In this document: positions 1 to 9,879 of the stretch, piece by piece | How positions within the stretch are numbered: the first letter of the stretch is position 1 | Layout: each line of letters begins with the position of its first letter | Virus record (IMG/VR): IMGVR_UViG_3300032330_001540 | Coordinates: 1 to 28,922 of that record | Direction: 5' to 3' (one strand) | DNA from: a virus | Taxonomy: Duplodnaviria; Caudoviricetes | DNA length: 28,922 bases | The notes under the pieces: model-generated | Told to the model about the DNA's origin: nothing | What the model saw: the letters and a program-made list of their open reading frames with translations, nothing else | Databases searched by the model: none | Made by a program: the position numbers and the translations under genes

Positions 1-1193
1 CCACGGAGTTTGAAGCACTGTACACACGCTATGAACGCCGCAAAGACCTGCGCAAGAAAGTAATGTCGGCAGAAGAAGTATTCAAAGGCGGCATCTTAAA
101 AGAGCGTACCGACACTGGTCGCATTTACCTGGTGTTCATTGACAATGTGATGAACCAAGGTCCGTTTGATCCTGAGTATCACACCATTTATCAAAGTAAC
201 CTGTGCTGTGAGATCCTACTACCTACGAAACCATTCAAGAGACTGGACGATCCAGAGGGCCGCATTGCTCTTTGCACTCTGGGATCGATCAATTGGGGTG
301 CGTTCCGCAATCCTGAAGACATGCGCCGTGCTTGCCGTATCCTGCAGCGTAGCCTTTGCAACATCTTGGATTACCAAGATTTTCTATCCATCCAGTCTAA
401 ACTCAGCAATGATGAAATCCAACCCTTGGGCATTGGGGTGACCAATTTGGCCTACTGGCATGCCAAGCGTGGATTGAAGTATGGCGACAAAGATGCCTTG
501 CAAGATGTCAAGACCTGGATGGAACATCAAGCCTACTACTTGACCGAAGCCACTGTGGAACTGGCACAAGAGCGTGGCCCTTGCAAAGACAGCGAGCAGA
601 CTTGGTATGGTCGAGGCATGTTTCCTTGGGAGCGCAGAGCCGCAGGTAGCAATGAACTGGCCGACTTTGCTCCTGAACTGGATTGGGAACCCCTGCGTGA
701 GCGTATGTTACAACACGGAGTACGCAATGCCACACTAATGGCCATTGCACCCGTGGAAAGTTCCAGCGTTGTGATCAACTCAACCAATGGCATTGAAATG
801 CCCATGAGCCTGATCTCCGTGAAAGAATCCAAGGCCGGCAGTCTCACACAGGTTGTACCCGAGTATCACAAACTAAAGAATCGTTATCAACTGATGTGGG
901 AACAACGGGACTGTGACGGCTACTTGAAAACAGCAGCGGTATTGGCCGCCTATGTGGATCAAAGCATCAGCACCAACACTTTTTATAATCCTGCACACTT
1001 TCCAGGACGCAAAGTACCCACCACATTGATTGCCAAGAACTTGATGCAAGCACATCATTGGGGAATTAAGACCTTCTATTATAGCCTTGTGAATAAGCAA
1101 GGATCAAAATCTACAGATGAAACCACTCCTAATACGCCACTTGAACAAATCGACTTTGATGACGAAGATTCCTGCGAAAGTTGTAAACTTTGA
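1..1193 (+). CDS. nrdA: Class Ia ribonucleotide reductase alpha subunit (5' truncated by window edge)
   Basis: Open frame from position 3; SNLCCEI active-site motif, TFYY tyrosine pair, C-terminal CESCKL redox cysteines. Confidence 0.97.
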   Translation, partial: TEFEALYTRYERRKDLRKKVMSAEEVFKGGILKERTDTGRIYLVFIDNVMNQGPFDPEYHTIYQSNLCCEILLPTKPFKRLDDPEGRIALCTLGSINWGAFRNPEDMRRACRILQRSLCNILDYQDFLSIQSKLSNDEIQPLGIGVTNLAYWHAKRGLKYGDKDALQDVKTWMEHQAYYLTEATVELAQERGPCKDSEQTWYGRGMFPWERRAAGSNELADFAPELDWEPLRERMLQHGVRNATLMAIAPVESSSVVINSTNGIEMPMSLISVKESKAGSLTQVVPEYHKLKNRYQLMWEQRDCDGYLKTAAVLAAYVDQSISTNTFYNPAHFPGRKVPTTLIAKNLMQAHHWGIKTFYYSLVNKQGSKSTDETTPNTPLEQIDFDDEDSCESCKL

Positions 1194-1240
1194 TTAGTAA
1201 ATAATAGTATTATTATTGTCTATTAGATAAATAATAGTAT
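1193..1240 (+). repeat. Near-perfect direct repeat carrying two TAAATA promoter cores
   Basis: attag-taaataatagtat (1193-1210) and attagataaataatagtat (1222-1240); 13-bp core identical, 30 bp apart. Confidence 0.75.
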
Positions 1241-2015
1241 GAATTACAAAAAACACTACGATATGTTAATTGAAAGAAGCCGCACTAGAACTCTTACAGG
1301 ATATGTTGAAAAGCATCATATTATTCCTAAGTGCCTGGGCGGTTCTGACGATAAAGATAACATTGCAGTATTAACACCAGAAGAACATTTTTTAGCACAT
1401 CAACTATTAGTTAAGATATATCCTAATAGTCCTCCTTTAATAAACGCCGCAGTTATAATGACAACTCATCATACTGAATCTAGAGCAAATAATAAATTAT
1501 TTGGTTGGTTGAGACGCCGAGCATCCGAATACAGAAAAGAGTGGTTGCTAGAGAATGGACATCCTAAGGGAATGTTAGGAAAGCATCACAAACTTGAAAA
1601 CATTAACAAGATTACATCAGGTATAAAACAGAAAGCAGTTGAAAAGAGAATAGAAGTATACACATACAATCTAGATGGGTCTTTTTATAAAAAATATGAT
1701 TCCTTAATAGAATGTGCTCAGGACTTAAAAACAAATGCATCAAATGTAAAGTATACAGCAGAAGGAAACTTTGGTCATTGTAAACAAAAACAAATAAGAT
1801 ATGAGTTTTTTGAAAATATAGAGCCATATGTTAAACCATCTCCTCTAAAAGGTAAAAAGAAAACTGAAGAACACAAATTAAATCAAAGCAAAGCAATGAA
1901 AGGTCGTACTCGCAGTGATGAGTGGAAAGCAGCACATAGTAATGCAATGAAGAAATACCACGCAAAGAAACGCAAACAAACAAAAGAGAATTATCCTAAT
2001 GACCAAACCCTATAG
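1239..2015 (+). mobile_element. Free-standing HNH homing endonuclease, MobE-like, with NUMOD-type C-terminal DNA-binding motifs
   Basis: EKHHIIPKCLGG...N...LTPEEHFLAH motif; KGKKKTEEHK and KGRTRSDEWK NUMOD3-like repeats; AT-rich; sits between nrdA and nrdB like T4 mobE. Confidence 0.9.
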
Positions 2016-3117
2016 ACGATTAAAAGAATTTTCAGTGGTGTACACTGATCGCAGTCTCAATCACATGAGTGATGAGTTTATTGATGTAATGAAAGACATC
2101 AGCAGCATTCTCAAAGAGGCCTACAATGCCGACACTGCTGCCATTGTGCCCGGCAGTGGTACCTTTGGTATGGAAGCAGTGGTGCGACAGTTTGCCAATC
2201 GGAAAAAGTGTTTGATCATACGCAATGGTTGGTTCAGTTATCGTTGGTCACAGATTTTTGATGCCAGTCAAGTCAGTCCCGATGTGGTCACAGTGATGGC
2301 ACGCCGACACACTGCAGGAGATCAAGAACCATTTTATCCTGCCGACCTAGACATGGTAGTGCAAATGATACAGGCATCTCGACCAGATGTGGTGTTTGCT
2401 CCGCATGTGGAAACCAGTGCTGGCATGATCTTGCCTGATGATTATCTTCGTGCAGTAGGCGCAGCTACCAAAGAAGCAGGCGGCATATTTGTGTTGGACT
2501 GTATTGCAAGTGGCGCAACATGGGTGGATACCAAGGCCTGCAATGTGGATGTGTTAGTCACTGCGCCACAAAAGGGTTGGACCAGCAGTCCTTGTGCTGC
2601 GCTGATTGTGATGAATTCTCGTGCTAGACAAATCATGGAAGGCACCACCAGCAGCAGTTTTGCCATGGATCTAAAGAAGTGGACACAGGTCATGGAAACA
2701 TTTGAAAAAGGCAGTCACCTTTACTCCAGCACCATGCCCACAGACAGTTTGCGACTGCTGCGCGACACCATGATTGAAACCAGAGATGCAGGATTTGACA
2801 ATCTCAAACAGCGTCAGGCAGAAATGGGTCGGCGTGTGCGTGAGTTATTGGAGTCGCATGGATTCCGTTCAGTATCTGCTGGGGAATTTCAAAGTCCAGG
2901 TGTGGTTGTGAGTTATACCACTGACCCAGACATTGCCAACACCAAGAAGTTTGTGGATCTTGGACTGCAGGTGGCAGCAGGTGTGCCATTGGTGTGTAAC
3001 GAAGGTGATGGCTTTAGAACTTTCCGCATCGGCCTGTTAGGATTGAATAAATTACAAGACATTGACAGTGTGATTGCCACACTCAGTGACGCATTAGAAA
3101 GACTGCCAAAATCATGA
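1999..3117 (+). CDS. Class V PLP aminotransferase (alanine-glyoxylate/serine-pyruvate family)
   Basis: EFSVVYTDRSLNHMS N-terminus, PGSGTFGMEAV, HVETSAG, DCIASG, APQKGW (PLP lysine), FRIGL. Confidence 0.9.
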   Translation: MTKPYRRLKEFSVVYTDRSLNHMSDEFIDVMKDISSILKEAYNADTAAIVPGSGTFGMEAVVRQFANRKKCLIIRNGWFSYRWSQIFDASQVSPDVVTVMARRHTAGDQEPFYPADLDMVVQMIQASRPDVVFAPHVETSAGMILPDDYLRAVGAATKEAGGIFVLDCIASGATWVDTKACNVDVLVTAPQKGWTSSPCAALIVMNSRARQIMEGTTSSSFAMDLKKWTQVMETFEKGSHLYSSTMPTDSLRLLRDTMIETRDAGFDNLKQRQAEMGRRVRELLESHGFRSVSAGEFQSPGVVVSYTTDPDIANTKKFVDLGLQVAAGVPLVCNEGDGFRTFRIGLLGLNKLQDIDSVIATLSDALERLPKS

Positions 3118-4217
3118 GCCAAGCACAATACAACCTCTCGACCAAGACCGACTACCTACATCGCAAGATGTTTTTGGATCCTGCTGGTCCTGTGACCATT
3201 CAGCGTTTTGAAGAAGTCAAGTACAACAAGATTGTGAAGTTTGAACAAGAAGCGCGTGGATTCTTTTGGGTTCCCGAAGAAGTGACCTTGACCAAAGACG
3301 CCAACGACTTTAAAGAAGCATCGGATACAGTCAAGCATATCTTTACTTCTAATCTCCTGCGGCAAACAGCCTTGGACAGTTTGCAAGGTCGTGGCCCCAG
3401 CCAAATCTTTACGCCTGTGGTCAGTCTGCCAGAACTAGAAGCACTTGTCTATAACTGGACATTCTTTGAAACCAATATTCACAGTCGCAGTTACAGTCAC
3501 ATCATTCGCAATATCTACAATGTGCCCAAGGAAGTGTTTAACACAATCCATGACACCAAAGAGATTGTGAACATGGCCTCAAGTGTGGGCAACTATTATG
3601 ATTATTTGCACAAATTAAATTGCCAAAAAGAAATAGGCACAATGCTTGTGAGTGAAAAGGAACACATCCAAGCCATATGGTTGGCCTTGAATGCCAGCTA
3701 TGCATTGGAAGCATTCCGCTTCATGGTATCATTTGCCACAAGTCTTGCCATGGTAGAGAACAAGATCTTTATTGGTAATGGCAATATCATCAGCCTGATC
3801 CTACAGGATGAGATTCTACATCGTGACTGGACTGCCTGGATCATCAACCAAGTGGTCAAGGAGGACACACGCTTTGCTCAAGCACGCCAACAGTGCGAGG
3901 CCGAAGTGTATGCCATGTATCAAGATGTGATCCGTGAGGAAAAACAGTGGGCAGACTATTTGTTTAACAAAGGCCCAGTGATTGGACTCAATGCTGCCAT
4001 TCTCAAAGACTTTGTGGACTACACTGCAGTCAATGCGCTCAAAGAAATTGGTATCAAATATCAAACACCCGCACCAAAAACCACACCCATACCTTGGTTC
4101 AACAAACACACCAATACCTCCAACAAACAAACTGCACTGCAGGAGTCCGAGTCGACTAACTATGTTATAGGTGTAATGAGCGATCAGTTGGACTATGACG
4201 CATTGCCTAATCTTTGA
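3114..4217 (+). CDS. nrdB: Ribonucleotide reductase beta subunit
   Basis: [23 protein letters not shown] (radical Tyr), [14 protein letters not shown] di-iron ligands, QESE...Y tail. Confidence 0.97.
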   Translation: MSQAQYNLSTKTDYLHRKMFLDPAGPVTIQRFEEVKYNKIVKFEQEARGFFWVPEEVTLTKDANDFKEASDTVKHIFTSNLLRQTALDSLQGRGPSQIFTPVVSLPELEALVYNWTFFETNIHSRSYSHIIRNIYNVPKEVFNTIHDTKEIVNMASSVGNYYDYLHKLNCQKEIGTMLVSEKEHIQAIWLALNASYALEAFRFMVSFATSLAMVENKIFIGNGNIISLILQDEILHRDWTAWIINQVVKEDTRFAQARQQCEAEVYAMYQDVIREEKQWADYLFNKGPVIGLNAAILKDFVDYTAVNALKEIGIKYQTPAPKTTPIPWFNKHTNTSNKQTALQESESTNYVIGVMSDQLDYDALPNL

Positions 4218-4705
4218 CGGCAGTTACTAAAATGCCATTGTTTCATCTGTGGTAACCCACCTGCTTTGTTGCAGTGAGGACATTCTATGATAGGCTTTGG
4301 TATTTTGTTTTTTCCTATTTTAGTTCTTCTGTTATTTTCTACCCATTCAGGAGTTTGTTTCCTTCCTAAATTATGACCTGGTCTTCCTTTTAATCGTAAC
4401 GATTGTTGTTGCCTATCTTTATTAGACCAAACTCTTCCTTCAGCACCTTCGCCACCATCGGTTAAATTTCTCAATATGCCAGTACCGTTATCTTTACGAC
4501 CATACCATCTTATCATTCTACGTTCAAGTGCCAATGCACCAACTTCAGATAAGTTAGATTCCAATATGACTATACTGTCGGTTGATTTAGGGGGTTTGAG
4601 TTGTCTACCATATTTGTAATAAGCACGATATCCTGTGCCTTTGCCAATATAGTATGGAGTGCCATCTTTTCTTAAGTAGGCATAGACATAAAAGCGTAAA
4701 TACAT
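4193..4705 (-). mobile_element. GIY-YIG family (Seg-like) homing endonuclease with C-terminal zinc-finger-like motif
   Basis: YVYAY...PYYIGKG...[20 protein letters not shown]...HFSNC; antisense, overlaps the nrdB 3' end by 25 bp; AGGAG at 4719-4715. Confidence 0.85.
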
Positions 4706-4712
4706 TTGCTGG

Positions 4713-4773
4713 TGCTCCTAATAGCGTTAGAGTAGTTGGGAACGCCAATTCCGCGAACTACACCTATATTTAT
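4713..4773 (-). promoter_or_regulatory. ATAAATA promoter followed by a structured 5' leader of the GIY-YIG gene
   Basis: Minus strand: ATAAATA (4773-4767); hairpin GTAGTT-cgc-GGAA-ttggcg-TTCC-c-AACTAC (4761-4732); CTCTAA-cgcta-TTAGGAG hairpin over the SD. Confidence 0.6.
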
Positions 4774-4789
4774 GAAAGAAAATTAAATT

Positions 4790-5047
4790 ATGACAAAAGC
4801 AATAATCTGGAGCAAGGATGCCTGTCCTTTCTGCGACAAGGCCAAGGCATTGCTCAAACTGAGAGGCATTGAGTTTGAGGAAAGAAATATCACAAAAGAT
4901 TGGACACGAGAGCAGTTGATGGAAGCGGTGCCCACTGCTAGATCAGTGCCACAGATTTTTGTCAATGAACAACACATTGGTGGCTTTACCGAACTAGCCC
5001 GGTATCTTGAGGACACCGCTGGCGGATTTGGAGACGGAAGATTATGA
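4790..5047 (+). CDS. Glutaredoxin (T4 NrdC / GrxC-like)
   Basis: CPFC active site, SVPQIF, HIGGF; next to nrdAB. Confidence 0.95.
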   Translation: MTKAIIWSKDACPFCDKAKALLKLRGIEFEERNITKDWTREQLMEAVPTARSVPQIFVNEQHIGGFTELARYLEDTAGGFGDGRL

Positions 5048-5703
5048 CTGAAAAAATAACTCAAGAGCAGTATCAACGGGACTACTGGAAATCCTGCGAG
5101 GGACTAGAATTCACATCTGACTGGTTCAGCGACTGCATACCCTATTTTGGCAACATTATAGAAACCATGGGCAAACTAGATTCCATCTTGGAAATTGGTT
5201 GTCATGAAGGTAGAAGCACAACCTGGATGTTACAAAACATGTTGAGTGAAAAGGGCGAAATGTTTTGCGTGGATCCATTCATGGATTTTGCCATGAGCCC
5301 AAATTGGAAAGTGGATATTCCTACACCCAGTGCAGACTTTCAAGGTAGATTCAATCGAAATGTAGAAAAATGCAAACTACCAACTCAAAATGTCAATGTC
5401 ATGCCTTTGGAATCTTACAAGGCCTTGTCCTTTTTGATATCCATGGATAAGAAATTTGATTTTATCTACATTGATGGTGGTCATTTTTCGGACATGGCAC
5501 TCACAGACGCTTGCATGGCCTTTGGCATGCTCAAGCCCGGCGGCGTCATGTTGTTTGACGATTACCTGTGGGATCATGTGCCAGACCACTTTGATCGACC
5601 CAAAATGGGCATAGATGCTTTTGTCAACATTTTTGCCAGATACCTAAAAACCACTCATGTGGGTTATCAGTATGGAATTAAAAAACTAGAGAGTGCAAAA
5701 TGA
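5044..5703 (+). CDS. Class I SAM-dependent methyltransferase (Methyltransf_24-like)
   Basis: ILEIGCHEGRST motif I; FDFIYIDGGH; LKPGGVMLFDDY. Confidence 0.85.
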   Translation: MTEKITQEQYQRDYWKSCEGLEFTSDWFSDCIPYFGNIIETMGKLDSILEIGCHEGRSTTWMLQNMLSEKGEMFCVDPFMDFAMSPNWKVDIPTPSADFQGRFNRNVEKCKLPTQNVNVMPLESYKALSFLISMDKKFDFIYIDGGHFSDMALTDACMAFGMLKPGGVMLFDDYLWDHVPDHFDRPKMGIDAFVNIFARYLKTTHVGYQYGIKKLESAK

Positions 5704-5999
5704 ACATTGAAGCAGAAGAAATCTACACATTCAAAATTTCAAACGGCGACGAAATTGTGGCCCGAGTTGAAGCAGTAACAGACACACAATACACCTTGAG
5801 TAAACCACTTACTGTGGTACCCAGCCCACAAGGCATTCAAATGATCATGGGATTGTTTACTGCAAATCCTGAAAAAATGGTGTCGCTAAATAAAAGTGCA
5901 GTGTCTATGACTGCCACTGTACACGACGATGTGCGTGACAGTTACATTGAAGCTACCACAGGAATTAGGCCAGTTTCAAAGAAATTACTCATGGGATAA
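5700..5999 (+). CDS. Small beta-rich phage protein, possible Sm/LSm-like fold
   Basis: TFKISNGDEIVARV pattern resembles the Sm1 motif; ATGA coupling to the upstream gene; fold assignment tentative. Confidence 0.5.
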   Translation: MNIEAEEIYTFKISNGDEIVARVEAVTDTQYTLSKPLTVVPSPQGIQMIMGLFTANPEKMVSLNKSAVSMTATVHDDVRDSYIEATTGIRPVSKKLLMG

Positions 6000-6002
6000 A
6001 CA

Positions 6003-6290
6003 ATGCCAGCAGTACAGAGACAAGGTGATCCAAACAGTGCAGGTGGGATCATAACTTCGGGCGTAAACTCTGTACTGGTCAATGGTAGACCCATAGCAGT
6101 CACAGGTCTTAGTGTGAGTGCGCATCCTTGCTGTGGACAAAGAGGTTGCCCACCCACACACTGTGCAGCTCAAACTCAAGGCGGTGGTACAGTGTTTGCT
6201 GGCGGTCGTGCAGTAGTAGTGACCGGAGCCAACGACAGTTGTGGCCACAGCAGAGCAGCAGGTAGCAATAATGTAAGGGTTGGCGGATAA
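6003..6290 (+). CDS. PAAR-repeat baseplate spike tip protein
   Basis: PAVQRQGD, VLVNGRPIAVTG, HPCC, H, SCGH, GSNNVRVG. Confidence 0.92.
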   Translation: MPAVQRQGDPNSAGGIITSGVNSVLVNGRPIAVTGLSVSAHPCCGQRGCPPTHCAAQTQGGGTVFAGGRAVVVTGANDSCGHSRAAGSNNVRVGG

Positions 6291-7288
6291 TGAGTGTTCA
6301 AGGTACAACTACAGCACTTAATCTCATTGCGGGTGCAGGCATCCTGGGCAATGTGGGTGGTGTTACTCTTGCTGCCAATGTGGCCTTGGCCAACAACATT
6401 GCTATCTACACCGCCACTACGCCAGTGGCACAATTCATTGGTGTGTTAAATACCGGCATTGGTAATGGCATGGTGTTGAGCAATGCTGCCATTGCTAACC
6501 TACAAATTCTTTCATCAAACCTGGTGCCGGCTTTCACTGATGTGGCCCCTGCAGCCTATGCTGCCACTTACGGCACTAATACTAGATTTACTGTGCCTAT
6601 TGCTGCTAGAGCCAATTTGATCATGGGCAATGGTGATCTTGGCAAGTTTCAACAGACTTTTGGAGCAGCAGACGGTTTGGTCAACACCACAAACATCTTG
6701 GTCAAGAGCGCCAAGAATGCCACTGATGCCAATGTGGTCACAGGATACAGCGGTGCAGATAATCAAATCACGGGCGGTGTCAGTGGAGTAAGTCAAGCAT
6801 TTGCTGCTCTCAGTTATGATCTTGGTCGACTGGGTGCGTTGATTGATTTTGCCAACCTTGACAATCTGGGTAATCCCAGTGCACTGATACGCCAGATGGG
6901 CAACCTGTCAACCACATTGCCTTCATTTACCTCGGCACTGATTGCTGGTGGATTGACCACAACACAGGTTGAAAACATCAGTGCATTGCAGTTTACTGAG
7001 TCAATTGAAAAAATTGTGTACACTGCAATGACACAGGTCACAGGCACGGATCTTGCGCAGGTACTAAAGTTTTTACGAGTAACCACACCTGGTATTGAAA
7101 CCATGGCCGACTTGTTGAATCCTTACAAACTTTTCCCCACCAGCTTCCAGACATTGACCGCACCCACTACCAATGGCCTGCGTGGCATATTTGTCAACAG
7201 CACAGGTTCGGTCAATCCAAATCTTGCCACAACCCTGCCAGAAAATGTTCTTGCACCATTGCAGGGCAATCCGGTGCAGAGAATCTAA
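6290..7288 (+). CDS. Putative virion structural protein (Ala/Gly/Asn/Thr-rich)
   Basis: Long ORF coupled to the PAAR gene (TAATG overlap); low-charge composition typical of tail/baseplate proteins. Confidence 0.55.
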   Translation: MSVQGTTTALNLIAGAGILGNVGGVTLAANVALANNIAIYTATTPVAQFIGVLNTGIGNGMVLSNAAIANLQILSSNLVPAFTDVAPAAYAATYGTNTRFTVPIAARANLIMGNGDLGKFQQTFGAADGLVNTTNILVKSAKNATDANVVTGYSGADNQITGGVSGVSQAFAALSYDLGRLGALIDFANLDNLGNPSALIRQMGNLSTTLPSFTSALIAGGLTTTQVENISALQFTESIEKIVYTAMTQVTGTDLAQVLKFLRVTTPGIETMADLLNPYKLFPTSFQTLTAPTTNGLRGIFVNSTGSVNPNLATTLPENVLAPLQGNPVQRI

Positions 7289-7290
7289 CT

Positions 7291-8256
7291 ATGAGTACAT
7301 ATAGCCAACTACGCAGAGTAATACCTCCTGATCAGGCTCTGAGCAACAAAGCCTTGCAGGCTGCCTTGCAGCAGATTACCAATATTTTTCGCAGCGACTT
7401 ACAGGCATTAAGCACCGCCACAGCTGGTCTTGAAAACAACAACGGCCTGCCTGCAATCAATGCGCTGACTACTCCTATTCCAGCCAATGTGGCCACATAC
7501 TTTGATCAGACTTTTGCCACCGGTACAGGGGTTGATGGTACATTGCTATTGGCTGATGTGATTGGTACCTGTGCCGGTTGGGTCAGCAATGACGCATTGA
7601 GTAATACTGTGGCTGTGTTAAATGACATGAACACATCCGGTGCATTGGCTAACTTGACTGGTACCTCGGGTGTGTTTACCGTGATGCAAAATGCCATCAA
7701 CGGTGCGTATTACAACAGCATCACAGGCAACACAGTGATACCTGGAGGCTTGCCTGGCGCAGGATCATACGCCAGTCTTGACAATGCATTTGATGGAGCC
7801 GCCGGCGAAGGTGTGGGACTAACACCAGCAGCAGTGACTATCATACAAAACATTCAAACTGCGTACCCAACTCAAACTGATCAACTGAATTCAAACTTTG
7901 CCAACATAGGTGCACAGTTGGACAGAGAAACTGTGAATCTGCAGTTGGCCGCGGTGGATTTTGCCAACCTCACTCCAGGTCTACAACCAATTGGTCTTGT
8001 GTTAAATCTTCCAGTGTATGGACAAGATACAGTGGAAGGTGGTGCAGCCTATATCTTACAGAGTGTGGCCAATAACCAAAGCCAAGGTGGTCAAGCCGTG
8101 GTGGCCACCATGCGTGAGAGTCGAAACATTACCAGACTAGCTGCTGCAGGTATAACCACCAGCGCACCACTAAGTGATACGGTGGTGCAACCACAAGCAC
8201 CCTTGGGTCGTGGTGATTACACAGTTGCCCAAGCCACAGGCAACATAATCTATTGA
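7291..8256 (+). CDS. Putative virion structural protein (Ala/Gly/Asn/Thr-rich)
   Basis: Long ORF 2 bp after the previous gene, same composition. Confidence 0.55.
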   Translation: MSTYSQLRRVIPPDQALSNKALQAALQQITNIFRSDLQALSTATAGLENNNGLPAINALTTPIPANVATYFDQTFATGTGVDGTLLLADVIGTCAGWVSNDALSNTVAVLNDMNTSGALANLTGTSGVFTVMQNAINGAYYNSITGNTVIPGGLPGAGSYASLDNAFDGAAGEGVGLTPAAVTIIQNIQTAYPTQTDQLNSNFANIGAQLDRETVNLQLAAVDFANLTPGLQPIGLVLNLPVYGQDTVEGGAAYILQSVANNQSQGGQAVVATMRESRNITRLAAAGITTSAPLSDTVVQPQAPLGRGDYTVAQATGNIIY

Positions 8257-8288
8257 TTTCACTAGCATTTTTTGTCCAAAAACCCAGG

Positions 8289-8317
8289 TTGACACCAAAA
8301 TCCACTTGTGTTATACT
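8289..8317 (+). promoter_or_regulatory. Sigma70-type (early) promoter for DNA ligase
   Basis: TTGACA (8289-8294), 17-bp spacer, TGn-extended TATACT (8312-8317). Confidence 0.85.
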
Positions 8318-8349
8318 AGCAGTTGATATCGTTGAACTCGGGAGCAATT

Positions 8350-9777
8350 ATGGCAGCAGTGCAAGAAAAAACTTGGTTCGAAACTCACTGGGCTTTTGCT
8401 GAAGGTGTTGCTGTGGCTGCTGATTGGATTCGCGACTTGGAAAGCTCTGACAGTCGCATACACAAAGAAAAGGTCATTGAAAAGGCCTTGGTTGCTGCCA
8501 ATCTGGGTAGTTCCCACGCACAGTGCTTTCTCATGAACGCATACGCTGCCTACAATCCTTTCTTTACCTACAATGTCAAAAAGGTTCCTGAGACCCAAGG
8601 CTTGACGAATCAAGAAAATCCCTGGACACAGTTCTGGGGCTTGCTGGAAGGACTGCGTACTCGCAGCATCACAGGGCATGCTGCTAGAGATCGAATTCAA
8701 GAAATCAGCCAGCGTTTTGATTCTTCAGAGTGGAATGGTCTGGCACGCCGTGTGCTGATCAAAGACCTGCGTTGCGGTATTTCCGAAAAGACTCTAAACA
8801 AGATTCTCAAAAACACACAGTGGGAAATTCCTGTGTTTACCTGTCAGTTGGCCAAGGACTCTGCGGACCATGAACACAAGATGACAGGTCGTGCGCGACT
8901 GGAGATCAAGTTAGATGGTGTGCGTGTGATCACAGTAGTCCAAGGTCGCAATGTCACCATGTACAGTCGCAATGGCAAGGTGTTTGATAACTTTGGACAC
9001 TTGCAAGATGAGATTGCCAACATCTTGCACAAGCTCCGTACCCGACTCAGTGTAAGCAACAACCTGGCCACAGGGTCCAGCATCTTTGGTCAAGGGTTTG
9101 TGTTGGATGGTGAAGTTGTGGGGCGCAGTTTTCAAGAACTCATGCGCCAGGCACATCGCAAGACCAATGTGGCAGCCACTGACAGCCACTACTATATTTT
9201 TGACTGGTTGCCCCTGGAAGATTTCAAGCGTGGTCACTGGAACGCCCAACAGCACAAGCGACTGGCTGGTTTGGAAAGTGTGCGTGAAGTTTTAGCAGAG
9301 GATTCTAAGTTGCACATCTTGCCTGGCATTGAAGTAGATCTGGACACAGCAGAAGGTCGCGACCAAACACGCCGCTATGCCCAAGACTCAGTGTCCGGCG
9401 GCTACGAAGGCATCATGATCAAGAATTTGGATGCACCTTATGAGTGCAAGCGCAGTACATTTTGGATGAAGTGGAAACCCACCATTACTGTGGATTTAAA
9501 TATTGTGGGTTTTGAAGAAGGCACAGGTCGCAACGAAGGGCGTCTTGGTGCTATAATATGTGAAGGAGTTGACAATGAGCGTAACATTCGCGTTAATGTT
9601 GGCAGTGGTTTGTCTGATAGCGATCGCGATCAGTATTGGATCCACCGGGATGATTTACTTGGTCGAGTGGTTGAAGTCATGGCTGATGCAGTCACACAGA
9701 ACCAAGACGGATCATACAGTCTACGGTTCCCCCGGTTCGTCCGCTTCCGTGGATTTGAAGCAGGAGAAAAAATATGA
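8350..9777 (+). CDS. ATP-dependent DNA ligase (T4 gp30-like)
   Basis: EIKLDGVR adenylation motif, LDGE, EGIMIK, WMKWK, SLRFPRF; start placed at ATG 8350 after GGAG 8341-8344. Confidence 0.96.
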   Translation: MAAVQEKTWFETHWAFAEGVAVAADWIRDLESSDSRIHKEKVIEKALVAANLGSSHAQCFLMNAYAAYNPFFTYNVKKVPETQGLTNQENPWTQFWGLLEGLRTRSITGHAARDRIQEISQRFDSSEWNGLARRVLIKDLRCGISEKTLNKILKNTQWEIPVFTCQLAKDSADHEHKMTGRARLEIKLDGVRVITVVQGRNVTMYSRNGKVFDNFGHLQDEIANILHKLRTRLSVSNNLATGSSIFGQGFVLDGEVVGRSFQELMRQAHRKTNVAATDSHYYIFDWLPLEDFKRGHWNAQQHKRLAGLESVREVLAEDSKLHILPGIEVDLDTAEGRDQTRRYAQDSVSGGYEGIMIKNLDAPYECKRSTFWMKWKPTITVDLNIVGFEEGTGRNEGRLGAIICEGVDNERNIRVNVGSGLSDSDRDQYWIHRDDLLGRVVEVMADAVTQNQDGSYSLRFPRFVRFRGFEAGEKI

Positions 9778-9872
9778 TTCACATTAAAGAGTGGCGCCAT
9801 TACATTGTATGGCGTGTAAAAAAGTGGTTGAAAAATAGACGCAGCAGAAATCTTGTTGTGAGTGGTCAATAA
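9774..9872 (+). CDS. Small cationic Trp-rich peptide, 32 aa (MIHIKEWRHYIVWRVKKWLKNRRSRNLVVSGQ)
   Basis: Hand-translated; ATGA overlap with the ligase stop, CAGGAG SD at 9761-9766. Confidence 0.55.
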   Translation: MIHIKEWRHYIVWRVKKWLKNRRSRNLVVSGQ

Positions 9873-9879
9873 ATATTAG

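Noticed and set aside
1194-2015. Group I intron or split nrdA around the HNH gene
   Set aside because: nrdA ends with its normal C-terminal CxxC before the HNH gene and nrdB is intact, so the nuclease is free-standing
6290-8256. Single frameshifted or read-through gene
   Set aside because: Different frames, a clean stop and an immediate ATG, with no obvious slippery site; a split ancestral gene cannot be tested without homologs
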